A stretch of DNA of 64,000 nt, taken from a virus. Taxonomy: Duplodnaviria; Heunggongvirae; Uroviricota; Caudoviricetes. The notes beneath the pieces were generated by a model, which saw only the letters and a program-made list of their open reading frames with translations, searched no databases and was not told the DNA's origin. The translations under genes were made by a program, and so were the position numbers. Position 1 is the first letter of the stretch, and every line of letters starts with the position of its first letter. The DNA lies in IMG/VR virus record IMGVR_UViG_3300013902_000267. One strand, given 5' to 3'. Positions 1 to 12,806 of this stretch are shown here, piece after piece.

Positions 1-1275
1 AAACCTGGTGATTATGTTTCAATTGCATATGTATCAGATACATTATAGGGAGAAGGTGCTAACCCACTTGTATCAAAACGTGGTTCAAAAAAGCAATGTT
101 ATAATATAAATTCAGAAACGGACGCATAGTTATAGCAATATATTAATGCTATGCCTAATAATAGAATTAAATAGTTATTAACAGAATTTAGGGAATCTAC
201 TAAATATCAAAGCTTTTTAAATGGCACTGCAAAGACAAAAACATGTATGCTTGATTTAACAACAGAACATATACTTAAGATTAGTCATTTAACATGTAAC
301 TGGAAAGATTCTAAAGCATTAGCAAAATTTTATAAAAAATAGAATGATGCTGAATTAAATCTCCGTAGAGAATTTGGTTTTGAAGACGGTTATGATAATA
401 ATTATGAACGTTTTTATAATCGTAAAGATGATAAACCGGTACCATTGGATGATAGAACACCAGAAGAAAAAGAAAACGATAAAAATTGGAGAGATTCTTA
501 TAATGGTAGAAATGTAATGCCTCGTATCAAGAAAAATGGTAATGAATATAATATTGCAACTATTATTCCAGGAATTTATGCAAATTTAAATAAACCTGGT
601 AATATTGCATTACGTTTTGCATATAACAGTCGTTCAAGTCATACAGATTCCGATTATTATTATGTAAATGGAGATGGTACATTATTTAAGCTTGATATGG
701 CATTTATTACATTCTTAACATATGCATATAAAAAGAATGCTATGTCTTCTGATAATACCGAAGAAAAGTCATATGTGTCAGATGAAGAAAAAGAATTTGT
801 TTTAAGATTAAAGCAACTAGTAAAAGATGCACCTAGTACTGCTGAAATGACACTTAAAACAGATAGCATATTATTTATGAAATCTACTGCACGTACGTCA
901 AAAAATGCAAAGGTATCAGAAAATGTACCATTTGTTTGGATTAATACTAATGCTGTTGTAAATAAGTATGATTTTGTAAATCCTTCTGATTTAAATAATG
1001 TTATTAAAAATCTTGTTTATTCTATAGATGATACTAATGTTAATGCGACAATTGAAAATATAAATGTTAAAGGCAAATCTATTTCAGATTTAGTTTCAAC
1101 AACTGATGGTAAAGTAACTGCAGATCCGACAGAAGTAAGAAAGAGATTAGGTATTGCAGAAGCATTAAGATGTATTGCATATAAATATACAATAGAGAAG
1201 AAAAAGAAAGCACTTTATGAATCAATAATGAGTAAAGTTGCAAAAACTATTAAAAGAAAGTTACAATTAATTTAA
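1..1275 (+). CDS. 5'-truncated putative virion protein (TAG=Gln readthrough), C-terminal KKKKALYESIMSKVAKTIK tag
   Basis: Frame 1 is open from base 1 to TAA 1273-1275 apart from in-frame TAGs; joins ORF 445..1275. Confidence 0.75.
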
Positions 1276-1281
1276 AATAAT

Positions 1282-1317
1282 AAAAGAGATAGAATAACCA
1301 AAATTCTATCTCTTTTT
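1282..1317. terminator. Bidirectional intrinsic terminator
   Basis: AAAAGAGATAGAAT / ATTCTATCTCTTTT inverted repeat between convergent genes. Confidence 0.8.
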
Positions 1318-1323
1318 TATATA

Positions 1324-2580
1324 TTAAAATCTTATAAATGAAACTACTTTTGCTTTTACATTTGGATCTGCAATCTTAAATACCTTGTCAGGATTTACCT
1401 ATAACATAATATTCGATTCACCTTTATCTGTAACAGAAGAAGTCCAATATCTTCCTGAACCAATAATATCTTCAACTTTATTTAATTCTGGTAAAGTTGG
1501 CAAATATGCATGTTCTGTAATTTCTTGTTTTACCTCATTAATTTGTGCATCATTCAAACCGGTTAAATTCAATTTCTTCATAGGTAATGATTTGGCAGCA
1601 GAAGCGGCATTGTTACCGTTATCAGAAAGAATGTTTGTATAAAATTCTCCTTTAACTTCTTCTTGATAATAATAATTTGATCCTGCTGTAATCTATAATT
1701 TCTAACTAGCACCAACTAATTTCTTCTTGAAGTAATAATCATCATATACACCATTATTTCCTGCATTACCTAATGTTACTGTTTCATCACTCATAACCAT
1801 AAATACAGGTTTCTTATCTAATGTCTTATATGTAGTTAATACGCACTTAGCTATTGCATTCTATGCATCATTACTTAATACCAAACCATCATTTTCATCC
1901 CATACTAAGAAATCACCGATATTTGCTTTCCTTAATGAATTACCAACTGTTTTAAAGTATGGTTTCATACTATCATACTTTTCACCTATTGTTATAGGTT
2001 CTTCATCAATATCATCTTCCATAGATACATCATCATAATCTGGATAATCATTAGATGTTTCTTCTGAATCGATATTATCATCTTCTGAATTATCAACAAC
2101 AGGTTCTTCATGTTGTTTAATAGAATCATCAAAACCTCTACTTACTTTAACTGGTTCATCAACAACTTCTGGTTCATCATCTACTGTATCATCCGTTGAA
2201 ACATCATCATAATCCGGATAATCTTGCTTTACAGGTTCTTGTGAAATTTCACCATCAAATTTACCACCATTTTCAACATATAATTTCTATATTGATGTTA
2301 TATCACCACCTGCATTTATATATGCGTCACCAATATTTTTATATGCTTTCAACTTATCAATATCAGAAATATTATGTGGACATTCAACTTTCATAGTAAG
2401 CAAACCTGCAACATATTTCTGAAGAAGGATTTCCTTTGAGTCTTTCTTCATAACTCGGGCATCTTCACCTAATGTTGAACGCATACGACTTGACATAGAA
2501 CTCATAGAAGCCCAAATCTTCGGATCTATTGTTCTCTATACACGTGCTTCGTTTAATATATTATTTTTAAATGTTCTCAT
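1324..2580 (-). CDS. 418-aa putative virion/head protein with acidic linker (TAG readthrough)
   Basis: ATG 2580 to TAA 1324 in one frame with several TAGs; joins 2287..2505 and 1399..1581; N-term MRTFKNNILNE; ATAAATA at 2611-2617. Confidence 0.75.
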
Positions 2581-2755
2581 TTAATATTAAAATAATTATT
2601 TTACTTATGATATTTATCTTTTATAATAAAATAAGAGATTTAGAATTAAATAATTCAATTATAGCATATTCATACAAAAATAGGAGTAAACATAATTATC
2701 TTATATTTACTCCTATGTATTTATTTATTATTCTAAATCAAAAATTGCCTTAAAA

Positions 2756-4540
2756 TTAATTAAGTTCCAACCAAGTTACACGTTTGTCAAGTTTTGCAAC
2801 AAGTTTTGCAAGAGCTTCGATTGTCTTCTCATTGTATACATCAATTGATTTCTCTACATCTTCACCAGCAAACTGAACAGTGTAAGTTGTCTTACCGCCT
2901 GTAACATTAAGAGCAAACTCCTCATTAACATCTGCTTCTGCAGGAACTGTAATTGCAACATCGTTATCAGCAGAATTAACAGCAACTGCCTTATTTTCAA
3001 CTGTTTGTAAACGTGTTTCGTGATCATTGAATGCATCTGCGATTACCTCTTCATCAGATACTAATTCACCTGCAACGTCAGCTGCAGTAGCAAGACCGGT
3101 TGCATTATTATTTGTACCTGCAACCCATTTACCAGAATCTGTATTCTTTGTAAGACCAACTGAACCAAGAGCAGAAGTCTTAACTTCAACTTCATGATTA
3201 TCAACTGCAACAAAATTCTCAGAACCTGCCTTTACAGAAAGTTTAGGAAGTTCTGCATGTACTACTTTAATCTTACCATTTTCCTGTGAAACTGCAGATA
3301 CATACTTACCTTCTTCTGCGTTATCTGTAACATCAAGTGCTTCAATTGCAGAAGTTGCAGCTTTTTCTGTAGTCTTGATAGACTTAGCTAAACTTGCAAT
3401 CTGTGCATCAACCTTATCACCTTCAACAGCAACAGTATCATCAGTTGCAACAATAGCTTCAGCTGCAACACCATTAGCTTCAAGATTAGCAGAATCAACA
3501 GTCAAATTACCATTTGCATCAACATGTACTCCCGATACATATTTACCATCACCAGCAGTTGCATCACTTACAGCATGTTTCTTAGCTTCAAGATCTTCCA
3601 ATCTCTTATGAATACCAGTAGCTGCTGTGCTTGCATCAGACGGTGTACCAATTTCTGCTTTATTATGAGCAACATCTGCAATAAGTTCTTTACCAGTTTC
3701 AGTTTCATCTACCTCTTTAAACCAATCAATAACTTCAACTACCTTATTGATTACATTATCTTCATCAGGATTCTATACATCACCCATAATAGTTTCAATA
3801 TTAGTGACACGTGTATCTAACTTACCTTCTGCTGTTGTAGCACGATCTGCTTCTTTAGCAATCTTTCCAAATGCAGTTTCCTAAGTCTTATCATCATCAA
3901 CAGTGCCAAGAAGTTCTGCGGAAGCAATGTCGTCCTCTGAAATGGTTACTACTTTCTTATCAGAAACTGCAACCTTTACATGACCGGTTTCTTTCTTTTC
4001 TACAGTTGTATAATCAGCATTCTCAAGTTCATCAATACGATCTGAAAGTTCACCTTCTGCTGTTGTAGCACGATCTGTTTCCTTTGCGATAGCGCCAAAT
4101 ACAGTATCTACATCCTTTGAATCTGCTTTAGATCCAACAGTTGTTTCCAATGTAGAAACTCTATCAGCAAGGCTCTTAAGTTTAGTATCAGCTGAAACAG
4201 GAATATCAAGAGTCTTAACAGTCTTATCTGTATCAACATAAGAAACAGTAACAGTTGCTTCAGATTTAACTTCACCTGTAATTCCATCAATATTAGCAGG
4301 AGTAGATTTAATATTTAAAATCTTTGAAGAAACAATCTTACCACGAGCAACGATAGCGCCTGTATTATTTGCTTCATCATAACCAAAATAAATAACACCA
4401 TCATCAGGAGTTCCTACTTTTTCAAGTACCTTATCAAGTGTACCATAACCAAAGTTTACTTCTACACCATCGCCAGCAATAGGAGCACCAAATATAACAG
4501 GAGTATTATCCTTATTTGATTTCTTAATTGTAATAGCCAT
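2756..4540 (-). CDS. 594-aa tail-fibre-like coiled-coil protein (TAG readthrough)
   Basis: 3881..4540 and 2756..3601 share a frame joined by TAGs; repeats AKETDRATTAEGEL / AKEADRATTAEGKL. Confidence 0.75.
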
Positions 4541-4659
4541 ATTATTAATTAAGTTTTATATTTTATTTTTTACTATAATATTTATTCAAAAAAATGGAGA
4601 AACATTAATAAAAACGTTTCTCCATTATATTAAAAATTAATTACTAAATTCTGTTAAAA

Positions 4660-6204
4660 TCAGAGTTCTTCCCATGTCAAAAGACCAGCAAGATATGTGT
4701 CATTTGCTTGAAGTTGATTTAATGCAGTATTTAAACCTGTATAGAATTTATCATTAGCAACGTCAACAGTAACTTCTGCTTCAACACCGTCCTTACTTGT
4801 TGTAAGTTTCAATGTATTGAACTGCTCGTTATCTGCTTTAGGAGCTTCAAGAGCAGCATCCTTTACATATGAAGCTTCAATAGCATTAACAGAAGCATCA
4901 GTCTTTTCAAGATGAGCACCAATTGATGTATCTTCTGCTTTAAGTTCGTCAAAAGTAGACTTAATTCCAAGAGAAGTATCAACATATGTTGTTACAGCAT
5001 CTGCATCAAGTGATACAACACCATTCTCTACCTTAATATACTTACCATCACCCTTGAATGTTTCAAAAATTTCTGTAAAATCAAGATAAACATCAGAATC
5101 TTTCGCAGATTCAGTTTTTGACGGTTTTGTATTAAGAACAAGGTGTAAATATGAATGACCATATTTAATCTTAAATCCAAGACGTGCTTGTTCCCATGTA
5201 CCATCCTGATTCTCTGACCATGGAAGCATTGCTGCAGATGTTACTTCATCACCGTAATTAACAGTTGCTGAATTACCCCATTGATCTGAGTCACTACCAT
5301 ATACAATTTCTGGACCTCCTTCTTTAACATACTTAAATGTACATACATGTGCGCCAGATACCAAGAAATCCTTAGCAATATTGATCTTATCACCAACAGG
5401 AGAAACTGTGCCATCAGGAGCAGTTTGCATTAATTGATATTCAGCTGCATATGTTTTCTCGCCATCAGTTTGTTCCATCTGATCATCAGAAACTTTCTTA
5501 ATTGCATATGTAGAAACTTTAAGTGCATCATCAACAACCTTTACTGTTGTATCATCAACTTTAACACCTACTGTATATGTCTGATAATCATTAGCACCCT
5601 TTGTAGGAGTTACTGTAATTGCACCATTTGCTGCTTCAGAAACAACATCGCTCTTAAGATGAGTTTCAATACCGGATACCGAAGTATCCAAACGAGTAGT
5701 ATCTTCAGTATGAAGTGCTTCCAAATCATCAATCTATTTCTGAAGATTAGATTGAGCTGCTTTAATCATTTCCTGAACAGTTGCAGTATCAATAATATCA
5801 AACTCTGTTGTCCATGTCTTCGTCTTTGTTTGATTATCAACAGGATCTGTTGCACTACCGAACCATTTAACCATTACCTTATCAGCAACTTTCTCTGTTG
5901 TAGATTCTACATATTTACCTGTTGATGGATCAAAATGTTTCTTTGCAACCTCATTTGTTGTAATATCAAGGATCTTAGAAGATACAAGTTGATTACCAAC
6001 AAATATCATACCGGAATCACCAGCAGCGTCATATACGAAACGTAATTTAGCGTCAGAATCTGCAGCATCATAAATACCAATCACTTTGCCTTCATCAAAC
6101 GCGCCACTCAAAAAGTGTACTTCCTTACCTGCAATAGTTGCATCAGCAACCTAATCTGTTAACTTTGTTGCTTCATTAGCACCATAAACCATTTTATTTG
6201 TCAT
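4660..6204 (-). CDS. 514-aa tail-fibre-like protein (TAG readthrough)
   Basis: ATG 6204; joins 5734..6111 and 4660..5724 across TAGs; DTS/DAS heptad repeats; ends LTWEEL. Confidence 0.75.
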
Positions 6205-6256
6205 ATTAAATTTTTATAGATTTAATTTTAATATTTATTAATGTTTTAAAAAATTA

Positions 6257-7222
6257 TTATTTATATATCTCTTCCCATTTCAATTGGTCTTCCACAATAG
6301 TCAATCTATCATTAATAGATGAATCTGTATTCATGAATTCATTTATATGTGAATCATAATCTTTAAGATCTAATGTAACTGTCTTAATAAGACTACTATC
6401 AAGTGAATGTGTAACATCCTTAATTACTGTACCATCTTTCAATGTCAATACACCTTCAACTAAATCAATCTTATCAATAGGTTCAGGCCAAATTTTCGCT
6501 TCAATCTTATTTGAATCCTTAACATAATTAAGCTGTTTCAAAACCATGTCAGTTACTTCAATCTTAGATGAATCTGTTTGTTCTTCATCACCTTTAAATA
6601 AAGTGAATGTTTGTTTGAAACCATTCTCATATGTACCTGAATCCTTATGAATTGTATAATTATATTTGCCTTTATCCAAATCATCGATTAACTGTACATA
6701 AGAAGTATCTATAGTATTGACTCTATCAAAAAGAGTATCAACAGAAGTATCTATAAATGTAAGATGTTCATTTATATCTGTAATAGAAGTATCAATAACA
6801 TTTAATCTTTCATATACATCATTAAATGAAGCATTCATTTTTTCTGTAATAGAAGAATCAAACTATTCTAGTTTTTCTTTTACTTCATCTAATTCTTTCT
6901 ATGAAACAATATTTGTTTTTACAGTTGCAAGTTTACCAGAATCATTTACATATTTGAGAGATAAAGTTACAACACCATCTACTGAAGCAAGAGATATATC
7001 TTTAACTTTAGATGTAAGTTCAAGATCACCCAAGAAGATACCTGTAAGCAATTCTGAATTCTTAGACTTACCAAAATACAAAGTATGTGGATCCTTATTC
7101 TTAGTATTTACAATATCAACATAACGACCTTCTATGAACTCAACTTCATCATGTGGTTTACATTTTTTATTTGGGTCAAAAACATGTAATACATGCTGAG
7201 GTGGACGTATATCTTTATTCAT
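6257..7222 (-). CDS. 321-aa tail-fibre-associated coiled-coil protein (TAG readthrough)
   Basis: 6899..7222 and 6257..6838 in frame across two TAGs; IDTS repeats; ends LKWEEIYK. Confidence 0.75.
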
Positions 7223-7333
7223 TTAAATATAACATGTTATTTTTATTATTTATTATAAAATAAAAAATGAGTAATAATTATATATCATTATAATATAAAA
7301 GTATTACTCATTTTTCCAATATTTTATTTTCAA

Positions 7334-9541
7334 TTATTCATTTCTATTTATATTATATTTATCTAAAAGATAATTTGCAAAATCTTCTTTTTCCTATGTT
7401 TTATTATTAAATTTAAAAAAGAAATTAAGATTAAGACCTACTTTTCCACCTTGCAAATAATTAGTTGGCCAAAGTCTTACCATCTTATTCATTACATATT
7501 CCTCTATTGTCTTGAATCTATAATGATTTAACCTTGCGTTTTCCCATGTTTTTTCATTATCTCTTAATTTTATAGAATTTATACATAACTAACCTATTGT
7601 ATTTACTGTAACTATTTTTTTACTATATGGCGAATCATATAAAATGCCATGAGGTGAATTAAATTCTATATTATCTACACATGTTTTAAATATTATTTTA
7701 GTTTGAGTAGACCAATTTTCTGTAATAGGTAGATAATCTGTAAATCTTTTAATTGAATAATTATTATCTTCTACTTTTAATATTTCTGAATCTGTAAACT
7801 ATCTCCAGCAAACTCTTATTGTATTAATTCCTCTATCATTAAACATATCATTAGATAAAAATTCATGTATATCATTACAATCTAATTCTAAAAATTCATC
7901 AATATCGAAATATGCGATCCAATCATATTTGTCTTTGTATATATTATAGCAATCTGTATATGATGGAATCTAAACCAATTCTTTCCCTCTCTAATCTTTT
8001 AATATTACATATCCAGAATTTATATAATCAGATATTACATCTTCAAAATGTTCGCCATCAATATCATTGTTATCATATAAAACAATATTATCAAATCCTA
8101 TTGATTTATGATGTTCAACAAATTCTCTTATATAATTATTTTCCATTTTTCCTATACAGCATAATAAGATCTTTCCTGTATATTTTTTAGGTTTATTATA
8201 TAAATTCAAATGATTTAATTTTACTGGGCATACATCAATTAATTTCTACAAATCAATATCATATGTTGAATCATAGTTATTCTTTAATTTCAATAAATCA
8301 TCTTCTGTTGTTTCTTCTGTTACTAAATATGAATCATATAATGGTTTATGAATAGATAAAAAGAAATCTTCGAATTTAAAGTCCTATCCTATATTTTTAC
8401 CTATACTAATCCATATATTTGGAATCCTATATGCTTCTGAAATAATCAACCCATGTAAACTTTCTGAAACAATAAATTCACATTCTTCTATATTTTTTAT
8501 TATATCTTTCCAATCATTATATTTTGTAAAATCTATTATTAATATATCTTCATTATCTTTAAATTTATTTAATATATATGATTTAATATGTGAATGATGC
8601 GGAATAATTCCCAACTTATATTTTTTCATTACATATGGTTGATAATAATATGGAAATAATAATGCTGGATCCCCATAAACTTTTGGGCAATTTATATTTA
8701 ATTCCTATAAGTAATCCCTTGTTTTGGGACCTCTCACTGCATATATTTTATTTGGTTTATTTTTTAAATTATGTTTATATAAGAAACCACTCCCCCATAT
8801 TTTTGTAAAATCATCTATATATTCATCACATAAAATAGAGCCTATGAATATATAATTTATTTTCTTATCTTTCTTATTATATTTTTTATGTTGTTTACCT
8901 GTAAGTTCTTTTAAAAAAGAAAAATTTATATCATCACCAAAGTTATGTGGTATTACTGTATTATCAGAATTTAAAAATGCCCAACTATTTAAATATATAG
9001 TATCATTCTCGTTCTTCATAATTTCGCTATTTAATTCTTTTTGAAATAATGAATTCGAAGTATTATTTTTCTTCAATACATTTACAACTTCAGTATTAAT
9101 TTTATTTTCTTTTTCCTTTTTTATTTTATCTTTAAACTATTTACTATTAATAATAACATTTTTATTTTTAATAATATCCTATTTCTCTTTAAGAATTTCC
9201 TAAATTGGTTTTACTTTAGGCTCAATAGTAGGTATCATGATATTGGAAACATAAGCATACGTTTCCTTATTTGTTTTTATATTGTTAATATTAATTTTTG
9301 TATTATTTCCTTTATGTTCTTTTTCTTTATTATCATAATTAACAAATGTTTTCATATTAGGTTTCGTAACATTACCTAATATGTACTTATCAGGATTATA
9401 TGTACCTTGTAACTAATTTATATTATTAGTCACTGATGAGAATCCGTCCTAATTATAATAAACACCAGCATTCTAGGCGTAACTTCTATTTTTTGAAAAA
9501 TATGCTTTATCTATCTTCTATACATTTTTAATTGGAAACAT
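7334..9541 (-). CDS. 735-aa fusion: unknown N-term, polysaccharide pyruvyl transferase, GT-A glycosyltransferase (GT92/GT2-like)
   Basis: Single frame across many TAGs; GDDINF, FIGSIL, AVRGPKT, GDPALL, SESLHG (pyruvyl transferase); IGKMENNYIREFVEHH..GFDNIVLYDN and FDIDEF (GT). Confidence 0.8.
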
Positions 9542-9665
9542 ACAGATATAAAATTATTTTAATATATTTATTTTAAATAGAAAAGGATAGACTATTCTCT
9601 ACGAACAATCTATCCTTAATTTAATATGAAAAACCCGAAATTAAGTTTTGAACTTAAGTTTATAT

Positions 9666-10925
9666 TTACTTATTCACTGCAAGAATTGCACATGAACTAT
9701 TAACAAGGAGATTTACATTTCCCTTAAATTCATTAATAGTTCTCTTATCTGTATAACTCATTGCAGATCGCATATAATCAATCATATTATCAGTCCACTG
9801 TTTTACTGTTTCTTTCACTGTAATATACTTTGTACAACCTTCTGAAGTCTTTGTTTTTGCTGATGGATTAATTAACTTTTGAGCCTTCTTTGTGGACATT
9901 CCATAAGACTCTTTTGTAATAGTCTTCATATCCTTAATAAAGTCTTTTTTCTGTTTTTCAAGTTCATCTGAAATAACAGGATTTTCAGAATTTAATCCTT
10001 CCCAAATATTAAGAATGTCTTCTACTCCATTATTAATAATACCATCTTTATAAAAATAAAGATAATGATTATTATAACTTTCAATATTCAATGGTGCTGT
10101 TGACTCAAGAAGTCCTGTAAACAAACTTCCAATCATTACATAATCTGCACCAAGACCTAATGCTTTAATTACATCTGCATAACCACGAATACCACCATCT
10201 GCAACAAGGTAAGGATGTGACTTAAAATAACTTGTTGGATTATCATTTTCATCAAATCCCTTGTCAGCAATATTCTTATAATATTTACACTTATCAATCA
10301 ATGATGCAATAGGATAATGAATTGAAGAATTTGAAGTAGTTAAACACACGGATCCGCTTCCTATAGACAGTCTGATATAGTCCACGCGAGCATGCTTACA
10401 AATCCACTCATAAGTTTCAGGATTAGCGATATTACCTGTCATTACAATGAGTTTATAATTACTATTATCAGCAATATCCTTTGCCTTATTAATAGTCTCA
10501 TACAAACTTTCCATATGGCCATTTGCTAAATCCACACAAATCCTATATGTTCGATTATATCCAGAAAATATTTCATCAGGTGACATCATCTTATGATCAA
10601 CAAAAACATATTCAAACTCTTTCAATGACAATGCAACCCAATCGCCATCATCCATAAATGGTTTAATATATTCCATACGTTTTACAATATCACCATTTGG
10701 ATCTGCTCCAATATTTCGTGGAATCATTGGATGAATCTTATTCAACTTCCAAATGTTAATATTATATTCATTCGTAATAGTAGACATAGGTGCAGTAAAC
10801 AGTGGTAGATACTTATCATCTTCCACAAATGGATTACATTCCTTTCTACTCTTAATTGAACTAATAACAGCAGGTTCAATTGTCAAATCATTATATGAAT
10901 ACTTTGTATCTTTAATAATCGGCAT
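9666..10925 (-). CDS. IMP dehydrogenase / GMP reductase family enzyme
   Basis: TAPMST, GNIA, SIGSGSVCLT catalytic Cys loop, ADGGIR, ALGLGADYVMIG, SYGMS; no CBS insert; no in-frame TAG. Confidence 0.85.
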   Translation of the reverse strand: MPIIKDTKYSYNDLTIEPAVISSIKSRKECNPFVEDDKYLPLFTAPMSTITNEYNINIWKLNKIHPMIPRNIGADPNGDIVKRMEYIKPFMDDGDWVALSLKEFEYVFVDHKMMSPDEIFSGYNRTYRICVDLANGHMESLYETINKAKDIADNSNYKLIVMTGNIANPETYEWICKHARVDYIRLSIGSGSVCLTTSNSSIHYPIASLIDKCKYYKNIADKGFDENDNPTSYFKSHPYLVADGGIRGYADVIKALGLGADYVMIGSLFTGLLESTAPLNIESYNNHYLYFYKDGIINNGVEDILNIWEGLNSENPVISDELEKQKKDFIKDMKTITKESYGMSTKKAQKLINPSAKTKTSEGCTKYITVKETVKQWTDNMIDYMRSAMSYTDKRTINEFKGNVNLLVNSSCAILAVNK

Positions 10926-10961
10926 TTTTATTCTTTTATTATTTCTAAATATTATATATAA

Positions 10962-11165
10962 TTAAATACTCTTTGTCTTATTAATTACCATTGTAATAAA
11001 ATCATGTCTCTCTACATAATCCTTACTCTGACAATCATGTTTTACCAACAGATATGCATCGATAACTTTCTCTATAAAATCATGATCGTATCGTTTTTCA
11101 AGTCCCTCTTCAAAACCTGTTTCATATCCATTATTATATTCTTCTTGCAAATCTTTTTCTGTCAT
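10962..11165 (-). CDS. Hypothetical protein
   Basis: 67-aa ORF, co-oriented, TAA stop. Confidence 0.65.
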   Translation of the reverse strand: MTEKDLQEEYNNGYETGFEEGLEKRYDHDFIEKVIDAYLLVKHDCQSKDYVERHDFITMVINKTKSI

Positions 11166-11188
11166 AATTATATTACTGTTTTATTTTA

Positions 11189-11734
11189 TTACCAAAATAC
11201 AATAGGACTATCACTTTGATTAGTAATCAATAATCTTCTATTAGTTGGACAAGATGGATAATCACTCAATCGATGAACACCGCCTACCATCATTCTTCTA
11301 GAATCTGAACATCCATAATGTGGTTGACAAAAATCATAATGAATACGAATAAACTTAAAATCATCATTAACTTCTACTGATGTAATAGACAATGAATCAA
11401 CATTAATATAATGAGAATTTTCAATATTATTATTCAAACTATTATTATGCATCTTAATCCATTCCATATCATTCTTAATAGCTGAAGTTAAATCAATACT
11501 CAAAAACACAGAATATGTATCAACCATCTCTGGAGATTCATGGTCTGCTTCTGTAAAGAAATCAAGAAATACTCGTTTATCGATTATATCACCTTTCTTA
11601 TATTCATCACGCATTGTAGCTACATGATCAATAACTAGATCGCTCTTATTCTTTGATTTATTTGAGTCTCCATGTTCATCTACCCATTTGATATACATGC
11701 CTCCTCTATTCTTAGGATAAAAAACTTTTGTCAT
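11189..11734 (-). CDS. Hypothetical protein
   Basis: 181-aa ORF, co-oriented. Confidence 0.7.
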   Translation of the reverse strand: MTKVFYPKNRGGMYIKWVDEHGDSNKSKNKSDLVIDHVATMRDEYKKGDIIDKRVFLDFFTEADHESPEMVDTYSVFLSIDLTSAIKNDMEWIKMHNNSLNNNIENSHYINVDSLSITSVEVNDDFKFIRIHYDFCQPHYGCSDSRRMMVGGVHRLSDYPSCPTNRRLLITNQSDSPIVFW

Positions 11735-11744
11735 AATTTTTATT

Positions 11745-11921
11745 TTAATCAGTTATATATTTTGCTTTATAAGTTTTATAATTATTAATAATATTAATCC
11801 ATTCTTCTTTTGTAAGTCCAGTTATTTCACAACCTTTTTTATAATCAAACATATTAATTTCTCCAGACATTTGAAGATGATAATATGCATCAAATTTCTC
11901 TTCTGTAATTTCTACTTTCAT
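11745..11921 (-). CDS. 58-aa hypothetical protein (below ORF-track cutoff)
   Basis: MKVEITEEKFDAYYHLQMSGEINMFDY...; fills the gap exactly. Confidence 0.65.
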   Translation of the reverse strand: MKVEITEEKFDAYYHLQMSGEINMFDYKKGCEITGLTKEEWINIINNYKTYKAKYITD

Positions 11922-11933
11922 ATATTAATTATA

Positions 11934-12350
11934 TTATTTGTTATTATTAATCATATCAATAAGTTTACCGACATTATCATAAAGTGTTCCCAACTCATAA
12001 AATGCCATAAATTGATTTGATACTTTATGATATGTAGGATTACATACATTTATATCAATGAACAGATTTTCACAAAGGTTTGAAATATACATTGATTTCT
12101 TATCTTTCTTTTTCGATATTTTTTCAGCTAATGGTTTCAATCGAGAATTTGCAAACTTAATTACGTCATTATAATAATTTACAATGCCCTGTTCATACTC
12201 ATAATCTGATACATATACAGTATTCTTATTTAATGTAAGAACATAATAATCAGAACACATATCAGATGTTCGTGTTACATGTAATTTATTATCTGCATTT
12301 GCAATTACACACATGAATGAAAGAACCAATGTTATAAATATATGTTTCAT
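11934..12350 (-). CDS. Secreted hypothetical protein
   Basis: Signal-peptide-like MKHIFITLVLSFMCVIANA; host-type promoter upstream. Confidence 0.7.
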   Translation of the reverse strand: MKHIFITLVLSFMCVIANADNKLHVTRTSDMCSDYYVLTLNKNTVYVSDYEYEQGIVNYYNDVIKFANSRLKPLAEKISKKKDKKSMYISNLCENLFIDINVCNPTYHKVSNQFMAFYELGTLYDNVGKLIDMINNNK

Positions 12351-12377
12351 TTTATATTATTTTAAATTATTGTTTTA

Positions 12378-12400
12378 ATTAACAATACAAAGATACATAT
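12378..12400 (-). promoter_or_regulatory. Bacteroidetes sigmaA-type early promoter cassette (-7 TAnnTTTG)
   Basis: ATATGTATCTTTGTATTGTTAAT, identical at 26384-26406 and 53859-53881. Confidence 0.8.
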
Positions 12401-12419
12401 TTTATTTTGAATAAAAAAA

Positions 12420-12683
12420 TTAATATGAAATTATTTTACTAATTTGTGAACAATATCCAAACCATTCTTTACCTTTATATATAACACAGAAATCTCCATT
12501 TATATTAAGAACTCGTTGACCAGCAGAATTAAATACTGCTATAATTTCGCAATCGACAAAACCTTTATCACCTCTATCTTCGTTCATTAAATGAATATTA
12601 ATAATAGTTCCAACACGAATATCTCGTATAGTGAAATGCTTTTTATCAATATCGTCTTTATTATTTTTATTAAACTTAATCAT
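12420..12683 (-). CDS. Hypothetical protein
   Basis: 87-aa ORF; TATCTTTG at 12710-12717 upstream. Confidence 0.7.
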   Translation of the reverse strand: MIKFNKNNKDDIDKKHFTIRDIRVGTIINIHLMNEDRGDKGFVDCEIIAVFNSAGQRVLNINGDFCVIYKGKEWFGYCSQISKIISY

Positions 12684-12806
12684 ATATTATTTTATTAATG
12701 TTTATATAACAAAGATACATATAATTTTATAAAAAAGAAAAAGAGATACTATAAAAATACAGTATCTCTTTAAATTAAATTATTAATTAAACTTTCTAAA
12801 AACTTA

